A DNA stretch of 11,491 bases from Bdellovibrionota bacterium FG-2 (GTDB lineage Bacteria > Bdellovibrionota > UBA1018), in NCBI GenBank assembly GCA_051382305.1, contig JBBCAV010000137.1:1-11491 (forward strand), in the 5' to 3' direction. This document shows, in pieces, positions 1 to 7,955 of this stretch (positions are counted from its first letter, which is position 1; each line of letters opens with the position of its first letter). The translations under genes were made by a program, and so were the position numbers. The notes below the pieces were generated by a model. That model was not told the DNA's origin. It made no database searches and was given only the letters and a program-made list of their open reading frames with translations.

Positions 1-34
1 TGTTGACCTGGATCCGCGAGAAGTGCGGAGAAAT
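1..34. repeat. Inverted repeat, left copy (partner 3163-3196); may continue beyond the window edge
   Basis: 1-24 TGTTGACCTGGATCCGCGAGAAGT is the exact reverse complement of 3173-3196. Extending to base 34 gives 31/34 identity. Confidence 0.9.
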
Positions 35-88
35 GCGATGAAGAGGGGGTACCCGTGCGTGACGAAGGGTCTGTCAGCTATTCTGCTG

Positions 89-313
89 CTATCGAAAGTG
101 CCGCATCAAAGGACCCTGACTTACCGTTATAACGCCGCCTTCGTTTTCGGGAGGTCGATCTGCGCGCCAGAATTTCGCATCAACCGTGGCGGCCCATTTT
201 TCGTCTTGGATTTCGCCTTGGGTAGCACCTTCGGCTGCGAGCGTCGCTCGTGCGCCCGCTGCATTTAGTATGATGAGGAAAACGAGGATTCTCCTATCAA
301 AACGCTTCTCCAT
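89..313 (-). CDS. Small hypothetical exported protein (74 aa), or a truncated gene remnant
   Basis: ATG start, basic N-terminus (MEKRFDRR), hydrophobic stretch (ILVFLIILNAAG) and Ala-rich putative cleavage region (ARATLAA). A sigma28-like promoter lies directly upstream. No family recognised. Confidence 0.45.
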   Translation of the reverse strand: MEKRFDRRILVFLIILNAAGARATLAAEGATQGEIQDEKWAATVDAKFWRADRPPENEGGVITVSQGPLMRHFR

Positions 314-319
314 AGTGAC

Positions 320-348
320 CTATCGGCTGTAGACCTCGAATTCCTTAA
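320..348 (-). promoter_or_regulatory. Putative sigma28 (FliA/SigD) promoter
   Basis: The minus strand reads TTAAG-N16-GCCGATAG, against the consensus TAAA-N15/16-GCCGATAA. The -10 element ends 6 nt before the ATG at 313. Confidence 0.5.
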
Positions 349-395
349 CGTTGAGTGCCGAATACCCCAAACTTTAACGCACCGCGATATTTTCA

Positions 396-424
396 TTGAT
401 TCCACGCCCAAACCCCTGTATAAA
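396..424 (+). promoter_or_regulatory. Putative sigma70 promoter for the secreted Cys-His protein
   Basis: TTGATT (396-401)-N17-TATAAA (419-424). The TTG start called by the ORF track at 396 coincides with the -35 box. Confidence 0.55.
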
Positions 425-434
425 AAGCCCCATT

Positions 435-1817
435 GTGGCCCACCTAAAACAAACAATTGCCTTCTTTATACTCTTAGCCATGGTCTTTGCCGCACTCGTA
501 GCCACCTTCACCGCTGCCAGCGCGCGCGCAAGCGCCTCGTCAGGAACTTGGACCGCCACGAACTCCTGGTCCTCAGAATGGGAGCAGCGCTACTCAAACT
601 TTGTCGAAACCGAACTCTCCCCCACCTTCTTAAGTAAACTTGAGATCCCAAGTGATTGCGCGGACCTACCCGTGATTGTTCGAGCGATCTTTTCACGAAT
701 CAACGAACTTCCCTTTGTCTTCGAGCGAGCCGGGGCAACCCTGACTCACGATCAACCCAGTGCGCTTCCCACCACAAACTGGACCCCAAACTCATGGCGG
801 GACAACCTCCGCCAAGACCTCCGATTTAAGAAGTTCCTCACAAGCCTCTCTCAAGCCGCAAGCACCTTGAACCTCGGAAAAAATCTCTACCCCATCCAAA
901 TCAGCGAAACGGCAGGCGGCACCGTAACGCTTGCCCCGTCCATTCGTCCGGGGCTCGTAGCCCTCACCCAACATCACGCTCGCCTCGTTTGGAAGATCAC
1001 GCCCAATCAGTGGCGCGCCATTTGGGAACTAAACTCTACCGTCCCCTACGCCGTTCGAACTCTTCAAATCAATGATCTCAGTATCGATGACTACCCTTCT
1101 TCATCACGCGAAGGAGGCCTACTCGCGTTTCGTTGGCCCGAGCTTTGCGGCAACAAATGGTGTTTAAGAGCCGCCGACAAAATGCCAGGGTATTCATTGG
1201 AGCAATACAAGATTCCAAAACCTAACGAGCCACTGGAGCGATGGCTTGAAGATAGTTTTAGAGACTCAGGCGCGCTTTTTCAAGTCGGCACCTTCTCCGA
1301 CACCCTTCAAGCGCTGGCACGCACCTCAGAATATGGCGACCCAACCGAAGAAGATTTCACCCTCATCCTAAGCGAGATCTTCGCTTCCCTCACAACACGG
1401 CAAGACACCTTAAAGAAATGTGACATCTTGCTCAAAGCCGGGCGAATTGGCAACCACGCGGCATTTGAGTTTAATTGCTCAACCGAAAATCGTGACGGCG
1501 AACTTGCACGAAAACTCCGTAGGCTAATGGACCTCGGCCACTTTGCTGGGCGAATGACTGAGATGCAACACCGACTCGCCCAATACGTCATCATTATAGA
1601 CGAGCACCTAAAAACAGATGCCTATCAGTTTTTCTTGGCAAAATCTGAACACCAAGTCTCAGCAAGTCCCTACGACTCAACCCCTCAGCGTTGGGGATGG
1701 AATTATCTAGTTAAGCGCGCACAAGGACTCTACGCCCAGGCACAAGAATCACCCGAACAAGGACAGGCGCTTGCGAAAACAATCAAAACGCTACGAGATT
1801 ACGGGCAATTAAACTGA
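435..1817 (+). CDS. Secreted hypothetical protein (~460 aa); putative papain/NlpC-P60-like cysteine hydrolase
   Basis: Long ORF, open from 396. GTG at 435 gives a good Sec signal peptide (MAHLKQTIAFFILLAMVFAALVATFTAASARA); ATG at 480 is an alternative start. Motifs: WSSEWEQRYSNFV, SDCAD (Cys codon 657-659), QHHARLV (972-977) and ELNSTVP. The CDS is secure; the start site and enzymatic function are inferred. Confidence 0.8.
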   Translation: MAHLKQTIAFFILLAMVFAALVATFTAASARASASSGTWTATNSWSSEWEQRYSNFVETELSPTFLSKLEIPSDCADLPVIVRAIFSRINELPFVFERAGATLTHDQPSALPTTNWTPNSWRDNLRQDLRFKKFLTSLSQAASTLNLGKNLYPIQISETAGGTVTLAPSIRPGLVALTQHHARLVWKITPNQWRAIWELNSTVPYAVRTLQINDLSIDDYPSSSREGGLLAFRWPELCGNKWCLRAADKMPGYSLEQYKIPKPNEPLERWLEDSFRDSGALFQVGTFSDTLQALARTSEYGDPTEEDFTLILSEIFASLTTRQDTLKKCDILLKAGRIGNHAAFEFNCSTENRDGELARKLRRLMDLGHFAGRMTEMQHRLAQYVIIIDEHLKTDAYQFFLAKSEHQVSASPYDSTPQRWGWNYLVKRAQGLYAQAQESPEQGQALAKTIKTLRDYGQLN

Positions 1818-1847
1818 GAGCGCGCTCTGAACATCTTTGCTCCACAC

Positions 1848-1920
1848 AACTTCTCAGATCGCGAAGTTACGGCCCCACCCCCCCCAGGGGTAGCCCATTA
1901 ACTTCTCTATTTCGGAAGTT
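1848..1920. repeat. Two copies of the palindrome AACTTC-N9-GAAGTT (1848-1868 and 1900-1920) separated by a 31-nt GC-rich spacer
   Basis: AACTTCTCAGATCGCGAAGTT and AACTTCTCTATTTCGGAAGTT, read directly from the sequence. Confidence 0.75.
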
Positions 1921-1964
1921 CTGCCGCGAAAACGCACATCCCCAACCGCGCGCCAGCGCGCACT

Positions 1965-3197
1965 TTAACCCTCGTTTCTCATGACCGAAGGATTCGTATC
2001 GATCTTCGCTTTTTCCACGAGCTTCTTAACCCAACCCTCAAACACCGCTCGCTCCTTAGCGGACGCCACTTGTTTGAAGAGGGTCTCTCGTTCCGCATCG
2101 AATTTCGAAAAATCAGGCGCCTCTGCACGAGTCACAACCGCAATGATGATCGATCCTGCAGCCGAGTAGCGCTTGGCCTTTCCGCCTTGAGCAACCGCTA
2201 TGGGCGATTGTTTCAAGAAAGCGTCTTTTACTAATTCCTTCACTTCTCCGACCTGCGGAATCTGTGGGGCCTGACGTGAGATCATGACTCCCGTTTTCAC
2301 CAAAACACCCAACGGCTTAAGCACCGCATTAACTTTGGCATCTGAAGCCGCATCCAAGCCCATTAAAGGAAGCACTTGCTCGGCCATCTTTTCATTGATC
2401 TTACTGATTTCATCGACCTTCTGGCTCCGCAACACCTCACGGGCCAACGTCTCTTTAACCGTATCAAACGCCTTACCCTTAAATTCAGTGTCCTTCTTAG
2501 AATCAAACCGACTCTTCACAAGATTAAGCTTTGCAGGATCTTTTAGAAATTTTTCGATCTCATCGGGTGCGATCACGAGCGCCTTAGCGCCAGCGTCATG
2601 ATTCAAGAGAACGTATTTAATCTCCCTCTTATCACGCGAAGTCGCAAACGACTTGCGAAGCTCGCCCTCAGAAACATGCAATCGCGCCTTAAAAAAACCT
2701 TCCCACTGCTGAAGCGAAAGATCCTCTCGCATCATTCGCTCAAAGCTGCTCGGGGTGTAATTATTCGAAGCTAACACTTGCTTATAAGCCACAACATCGA
2801 AGTGACCGTCTTTTTGAAAAGCAGGAATCTCACGAATACGATCCATGATTTCATCATCCGAAGGGATCATTTTGCGTCTCACCGCCTCTTGCCCCATAAT
2901 CTTTCGACGCGCCAGCTCCTGAAACACGCCATCCCGAAGGTGAAACGCCTGAATCTGCTCGTCGGTAAGCTTACCGCCCGTCATGGCCTTAAAATATTCG
3001 ACCCGCCGATTGAGCTCGCGGTTAAAGTCAGAAATCGAAATCGAATCCCCATTGACCGTCCCTGCAACCGCGCCTTCATGTAGGCCGCGCGTCGACTTCG
3101 GATTGAAGACGCCAGAAAAGACAAAAACAAAGGCGATAAAACCGATGATTGAACCAATTACTATTTTTCCAAACTTCTCGCGGATCCAGGTCAACAT
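1965..3197 (-). CDS. SurA N-terminal domain membrane-anchored periplasmic chaperone, PpiD-like (410 aa, no evident parvulin domain)
   Basis: PpiD-type N-terminus MLTWIREK followed by a TM helix (IVIGSIIGFIAFVFVFSGV). Motifs VAGTVNGDSISISDF, IREIPAFQKDGHFD...Y, FERMMREDL and the C-terminal WVKKLVEKAKI. AAGGAAAGGA RBS upstream. Confidence 0.85.
   Translation of the reverse strand: MLTWIREKFGKIVIGSIIGFIAFVFVFSGVFNPKSTRGLHEGAVAGTVNGDSISISDFNRELNRRVEYFKAMTGGKLTDEQIQAFHLRDGVFQELARRKIMGQEAVRRKMIPSDDEIMDRIREIPAFQKDGHFDVVAYKQVLASNNYTPSSFERMMREDLSLQQWEGFFKARLHVSEGELRKSFATSRDKREIKYVLLNHDAGAKALVIAPDEIEKFLKDPAKLNLVKSRFDSKKDTEFKGKAFDTVKETLAREVLRSQKVDEISKINEKMAEQVLPLMGLDAASDAKVNAVLKPLGVLVKTGVMISRQAPQIPQVGEVKELVKDAFLKQSPIAVAQGGKAKRYSAAGSIIIAVVTRAEAPDFSKFDAERETLFKQVASAKERAVFEGWVKKLVEKAKIDTNPSVMRNEG
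3163..3196. repeat. Inverted repeat, right copy (codons 1-12 of the PpiD-like gene)
   Basis: Reverse complement of window positions 1-34 (24/24 core, 31/34 overall). Confidence 0.9.
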
Positions 3198-3214
3198 TTC
3201 TTTAATTCCTTTCC

Positions 3215-3243
3215 TTGATTATCCTAGGGGACCTCGTTACGAT
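3215..3243 (+). promoter_or_regulatory. Putative sigma70 promoter of the mreCD-mrdA-rodA operon
   Basis: TTGATT (3215-3220)-N17-TACGAT (3238-3243) within the 63-bp divergent intergenic region. AGGA RBS at 3250-3253. Confidence 0.6.
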
Positions 3244-3260
3244 ACACCCAGGAAAGCCGA

Positions 3261-4136
3261 ATGATCAAATACCTAAAAGAATATCGGTTTTATATCATCT
3301 TGTTTCTCTTCATTTTGATTCCGGTGATCGCTATCGATACGACCACCCGGTCTCCAAGAGATTACCGCCTATACGATCGAGTCGTCGTCGCCGTGACCTC
3401 TCCGATTCAGACTGCCATTAGCTGGGCCTTAGAGCAACTAGTCTCCGGACTCCAGAACTATATTTTTCTTTTGAACACGCGAAAAGACAACATCGAACTC
3501 TTAGGCGAGAATCGCAGACTCTTAGGTCAGATCGCGAACCTGAAAGAAACGCGCGAGGAAAATCTGCGCTTAAGGAAACTGCTGGCCTTCCAAGAGAACC
3601 TCAAACTCACCACTACGGTTGCCCGAGTCATCGCAAAGGACGTTTCTACCGAGTTTCGCGCACTGCGAATAAATCGGGGAGAAGAGGCCGGCATCAAAAA
3701 AGACATGGCGGTGGTAACTGCCGAAGGGGTCGTCGGGCGCATTTTGCGAACAACGGCCGACACCGCTGACATTGTCACGATCTTGGACCTTCTTTCCGCG
3801 GTCGATGCGATTGATGAACGCTCAAGATCCCATGGCATCGTCGAAGGATTAACTGAAGAAATCTGTGAATTGCGATACACCGTTCGAACCGACGATCTGC
3901 AGCCCGGAGACACGCTGATTACCAGCGGATTAGGCGGAATTTTCCCCAAAGGAATCCCCGTCGGCACGGTGGCAAAAGTTGATCGAAAACCTTACGGGAT
4001 TACCCAAAAGATCGAAGTGAGACCCACTGTAGAATTTTCCAAACTTGAAGAAGTTCTCGTCATCACTTCGCGAAATGCGCGAGACTTAAAAGACAAGGAG
4101 GTCCTTCCCAAGAACTCCGAGGGAACACCGAAATGA
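3261..4136 (+). CDS. mreC: Rod shape-determining protein MreC
   Basis: N-terminal TM helix, coiled coil ending ENLRLRKLL, then ARVIAKD, GVVGRI and GDTLITSGLGGIFPKGIPVGTV. Operon context fits. Confidence 0.97.
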   Translation: MIKYLKEYRFYIILFLFILIPVIAIDTTTRSPRDYRLYDRVVVAVTSPIQTAISWALEQLVSGLQNYIFLLNTRKDNIELLGENRRLLGQIANLKETREENLRLRKLLAFQENLKLTTTVARVIAKDVSTEFRALRINRGEEAGIKKDMAVVTAEGVVGRILRTTADTADIVTILDLLSAVDAIDERSRSHGIVEGLTEEICELRYTVRTDDLQPGDTLITSGLGGIFPKGIPVGTVAKVDRKPYGITQKIEVRPTVEFSKLEEVLVITSRNARDLKDKEVLPKNSEGTPK

Positions 4137-4699
4137 CCCGCCTCCTTTTTCGCGCCCTCAATGCGCCCGGGCTTATTCTCCTCATGGTGGTAAGCCTAGG
4201 ACTCGCGACTTCGTTCTTTGCGCCCTATCCTTTAAGCTATTTTCAGCTTGACGTCATCCTTTTGGGAGTCTTATGGTGCGCGCTCCACCGGGATTTTACC
4301 GAAGGCGGGTTTCTCGTCCTTATTCTGGGGGATATTGCCGAAATTCACACTGCCGCTCCTGGCGGGATTTTTCTGCTGTCCTATATGCTGGTTTTTCTCT
4401 CGGTCCGCGCCTCATCGCGGTATCTGGATTTTTCAAATCGGCGCTCCCTTTTGGGTCTAACCTTTGTCGCCACGAGCGTCCAAAAATGTACCTCACTCCT
4501 TATCCTTTATCTCCTCGGAGTCCCCTCACTTGGAATACAATCCGTTTTCTTCGCGGTGTTCCCTGGCGCCCTGGTTGAAATGGCGGTCATCCTCTGGGCG
4601 TTCAAATGGCTTGAAAAATTTGATGGGGTAACCTTCAAGAATCCGCGCGCCGCACAAGGTCTCGAGCATCCCGTCGAACTTCAGGATAGGGCCTTCTAA
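4133..4699 (+). CDS. mreD: Rod shape-determining protein MreD (divergent)
   Basis: 188-aa polytopic membrane protein between mreC and mrdA, with an ATGA overlap with mreC. The segment LDVILLGVLWCAL...EGGFLVLILGDIAE fits the MreD pattern. Confidence 0.8.
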   Translation: MTRLLFRALNAPGLILLMVVSLGLATSFFAPYPLSYFQLDVILLGVLWCALHRDFTEGGFLVLILGDIAEIHTAAPGGIFLLSYMLVFLSVRASSRYLDFSNRRSLLGLTFVATSVQKCTSLLILYLLGVPSLGIQSVFFAVFPGALVEMAVILWAFKWLEKFDGVTFKNPRAAQGLEHPVELQDRAF

Positions 4700-4700
4700 G

Positions 4701-6761
4701 ATGGCATTTTTAGGACAAGAAGAACAAATCAGAGAACTCCAAGACCGCTTTCGAACCCTTTATGCCTTCGTGTTTATCGCCTTAGGCATTCTGCTTGCCA
4801 CGATGATCTACCTCCAAGTCCTCAACGGCGAAAAGATGCGAAACTATTCGGAGGAAAACCGCATCCGTCGCATGAAAATCGAAGCGCCCCGCGGCATGAT
4901 TTTCGATCGCAACCGCAAACTCCTCATTGATAACCGCCCAGCCTTTGACCTCGAAATTATCCCTCAGTACCTCTACGAGTCAAAACAAGCCGATCGCGTT
5001 TTAAAACTGCTTTCAGAAGTTTCGAAAATCCCCGAAGCGGACATTCGCGAAGCACTTGGAAAAGCTTCAAACCAAGCGAAATACATGCCCGTAAAAATCA
5101 AAACCGATCTGACCCGCGATGAAGTGGCCGCGATTGAATCATGGAAAATATCCATGCCAGGCGTGGAAGTGCGAGAAGCCATCAAACGCACCAACATCTA
5201 TGGAGACATCGCCGCTCACTTGCTGGGCTATATTGGCGAAGTGAATAACGGAGATCTCCTCTCGCTCAACAAAACTGCAAAAAACTACAAACTCGGCGAC
5301 AGCATGGGGAAATTCGGGCTTGAACAACGCTTCGAAAAGTTCCTACGGGGAACCGACGGAGAAGAAATCAAAGAGGTCGACGCCCTGGGGCGTGTAAAAC
5401 TCGAAAAAGGGAAATCTCGCGCTGGGGACACCATCGTCGGTCGATCGGTAGTGCCGGGCAAAAACTTGGTCCTCACCATCGATCAAGACCTTCAACTTGT
5501 CGCAACCAAAGCCTTTGAGGAAAAAATTGGTGCCGTTGTCGCAATCGACCCACGTTCGGGAGAAATTCTAGCGATGCTCTCTCGGCCCGCCTTTGATTCG
5601 ACCCAGTTCTCCCGTGGGATCCCCTCCGCACTTTGGAATCAACTCCTGAACAACGATAATCATCCTTTAATGGATAAAACCATCCAAGACCATTACCCCC
5701 CCGGCTCCACCTTCAAAATCGTCACCGCTATTGCGGGCCTCGAAGAGGGCGCCATCGACGAATCCACAAAGTTTCACTGCACCGGCTCGCTCTGGGTCGG
5801 GAACCGCAAGTACCACTGCCATCTCAAACGCGGCCATGGCGAAATGAATGTCGTGAGCGCCATCACTCAGTCTTGCGACGTCTTTTTCTACCGCGTAGCA
5901 CAGCGTCTTAAGAGCGTGGATGATATCGCAAAATGGGCCTCTCGTTTAGGCCTGGGCAGAAAAACGGGGATTAACCTTGCCCGCGAAATTCCAGGTCTCA
6001 TTCCTACCGAGGCTTGGAAAAAGAAGCGTTTCAACCAACCCTGGAACGCCGGCGAAACGGTGTCGGTCGCCATCGGGCAAAGTTTCGTTTTAACCACCAC
6101 GCTGCAACTCGCGAATTTGTATGCCACGCTTGGAAACGGAGGAAAACTTTTTCGCCCGTTTGTGGTCAAATCGATCGAATCTTACGATGGCGTTGTTGAA
6201 AAGGAATTTAAACCTGAATTAATTGAGCAGACGAACCTCAAAGCTAAAACGCAAGAACTCATCAAGCAAGGTCTCTGGGGAGTCGTCAACAGCCCCCATG
6301 GCACGGCGTTTTCAAAGCGTCTCCCGGGAATGGACTTCGCGGGCAAAACCGGAACCTCTCAAGTCATTCGAATCGCGGCGGATAAGATTTATCAAAAATG
6401 CGAAGCCATGAAGTTCCGCGACCGCCACAACGCACTTTTTGTGGGCTTTGCGCCAGCCAAAGATCCAGTCATTGCGGTAGCCGTCATTGGCGAGCACGCC
6501 TGCCATGGATCCTCCGCAGCGGCACCTATCGCGAGAGCCATCATTAAGACGTATCTTGAAAAATACTGGCCTGACGTTTACGGGGACAAGAAAATTGCGA
6601 AACGAACCCCCATAGATTTACTCACTCCGGCTGTGCCGCCCGTGAAAACCGAAGATGAAGATGTTCTCATAGGGGGAGACTCCCCGTTTCTTCCTGAACG
6701 ACCGAAAGAAGAAGAAGAACCTGATGTCGCCGAGTCTAATAACGAAGGAGCAACCGAATGA
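4701..6761 (+). CDS. mrdA: Penicillin-binding protein 2 (class B transpeptidase)
   Basis: TM anchor, then ENRIR...[20 protein letters not shown] and GKFGLEQ. Catalytic motifs S336TFK, SCD and K549TGT. Confidence 0.97.
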   Translation: MAFLGQEEQIRELQDRFRTLYAFVFIALGILLATMIYLQVLNGEKMRNYSEENRIRRMKIEAPRGMIFDRNRKLLIDNRPAFDLEIIPQYLYESKQADRVLKLLSEVSKIPEADIREALGKASNQAKYMPVKIKTDLTRDEVAAIESWKISMPGVEVREAIKRTNIYGDIAAHLLGYIGEVNNGDLLSLNKTAKNYKLGDSMGKFGLEQRFEKFLRGTDGEEIKEVDALGRVKLEKGKSRAGDTIVGRSVVPGKNLVLTIDQDLQLVATKAFEEKIGAVVAIDPRSGEILAMLSRPAFDSTQFSRGIPSALWNQLLNNDNHPLMDKTIQDHYPPGSTFKIVTAIAGLEEGAIDESTKFHCTGSLWVGNRKYHCHLKRGHGEMNVVSAITQSCDVFFYRVAQRLKSVDDIAKWASRLGLGRKTGINLAREIPGLIPTEAWKKKRFNQPWNAGETVSVAIGQSFVLTTTLQLANLYATLGNGGKLFRPFVVKSIESYDGVVEKEFKPELIEQTNLKAKTQELIKQGLWGVVNSPHGTAFSKRLPGMDFAGKTGTSQVIRIAADKIYQKCEAMKFRDRHNALFVGFAPAKDPVIAVAVIGEHACHGSSAAAPIARAIIKTYLEKYWPDVYGDKKIAKRTPIDLLTPAVPPVKTEDEDVLIGGDSPFLPERPKEEEEPDVAESNNEGATE

Positions 6762-7912
6762 CCCATTCCTCCATGGAAAGCCAAATGCCACTGGAGGACA
6801 TGCCGCTCCATTACGGCATGTATGAAGAAGAACTCCGAAAATTCAACTGGAACCTTCTCATTCTCGAAGTCTTGTTGTTCGGAATCGGGATTTTCAACCT
6901 CATCAGTGCCACCGGAGTCCAAGACAAATCTTTAGGTCTCTACAAAAATCAACTTTTGTGGTTTGGCGTAGGACTCGGGATGACCGGTCTCGTCCTGCTC
7001 CTCCACTATTCATTTTTTTCGCGAACCGCCTACGTCATTTATTTTGCCAACCTTTTACTTTTAGTCGCGGTCCTCGTGGCCGGTAAATCGACTTTAGGAG
7101 CGAAACGTTGGGTGGGTTTTGGCGCGTTTCGCGTTCAACCCTCCGAATTCATGAAACTGGCCTTGGTCATTTGCCTGGCCAAATATTTCGAAACGGATCG
7201 AACCGTGGGAGGGTATCGCCTCAAAGATCTCCTGCTCCCTGCGATTCTCGTCATCCTGCCCGCCGGCCTGATTATGCTTCAGCCCGATTTAGGGACTGCG
7301 CTAGTGATCATTTTAACTTCAGGCACGATGATGCTTTTCCTAAAACTTCATCCTAAAACCCTGATGATTCTTGTCGTCTGTGCAGGCATCGCTTTGCCCG
7401 CGGCCTACAAATGGGGAATGAAACCCTATCAACGACAGCGTTTAGTATCGTTTCTAGACCCCGCCGCAGATCCCCGAGGTTCCGGTTACAACTCTAAACA
7501 ATCACGTATCGCCGTAGGCAGTGGTCAGCTCTTCGGAAAGGGCTACCGCAAGGGCACTCAAAGCCAGTTAAATTTTCTGCCCGAGCATCATACCGACTTC
7601 ATTTTTTCGGTTTATGCCGAAGAACACGGCTTTGTGGGGTGCTTTATCTTGCTCGCGCTCTATCTCGCGTTTCTCTTAAACGGGCTATCGGTGGGGTACC
7701 AATCCAACGACAAGTTTGCTCTTTTGCTTGCCTTAGGCATAGTCACGATCTTTTTTTGGCAAATCTTCATCAATATTGGAATGGTGATGGGGATTCTTCC
7801 GATCGTAGGCGTCCCCTTGCCTTTTTTGAGCTACGGGGGAAGCTCTCTCGTCACTTCGATCTTGGGCGTGGCCATTCTCACAAACATTGCTAACAAAAAG
7901 TTCATGTTCTAA
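6758..7912 (+). CDS. rodA: Rod shape-determining protein RodA (SEDS peptidoglycan glycosyltransferase)
   Basis: Motifs [29 protein letters not shown] and [14 protein letters not shown] overlap with mrdA and AAGGAG RBS. Confidence 0.97.
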   Translation: MTHSSMESQMPLEDMPLHYGMYEEELRKFNWNLLILEVLLFGIGIFNLISATGVQDKSLGLYKNQLLWFGVGLGMTGLVLLLHYSFFSRTAYVIYFANLLLLVAVLVAGKSTLGAKRWVGFGAFRVQPSEFMKLALVICLAKYFETDRTVGGYRLKDLLLPAILVILPAGLIMLQPDLGTALVIILTSGTMMLFLKLHPKTLMILVVCAGIALPAAYKWGMKPYQRQRLVSFLDPAADPRGSGYNSKQSRIAVGSGQLFGKGYRKGTQSQLNFLPEHHTDFIFSVYAEEHGFVGCFILLALYLAFLLNGLSVGYQSNDKFALLLALGIVTIFFWQIFINIGMVMGILPIVGVPLPFLSYGGSSLVTSILGVAILTNIANKKFMF

Positions 7913-7929
7913 AAAAACAATGCTATTCT
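7901..7929 (+). promoter_or_regulatory. Possible internal extended -10 promoter for the lipoprotein gene
   Basis: TTCATG (7901-7906)-N17-TATTCT (7924-7929), with TG at 7921-7922. Weak match. Confidence 0.3.
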
Positions 7930-7955
7930 TTAACTATATAAGGAGATGCGAGTTC

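Noticed and set aside
369-376. Perfect sigma28 -35 element TAAAGTTT on the minus strand
   Set aside because: No GCCGATA-like -10 element at the correct spacing.
396-434. TTG start at 396 from the ORF track
   Set aside because: It coincides with a predicted -35 box and adds a non-signal-like extension. GTG at 435 fits better.
435-1817. C-rich, G-poor composition as a sign of horizontal transfer
   Set aside because: By eye the + strand is also C-rich over neighbouring core genes, which fits replication strand skew. Not quantified.
1848-1920. Mini-CRISPR array (palindromic repeat, 31-nt spacer, repeat), or loxP/FRT-like sites
   Set aside because: There are only two 21-nt units, their centres differ, and no cas or recombinase gene is in the window. 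The arm spacing is much shorter than in loxP.
7887-7955. Longer 140-aa version of the lipoprotein
   Set aside because: It overlaps the end of rodA, and the AGGAG RBS supports ATG 7956.
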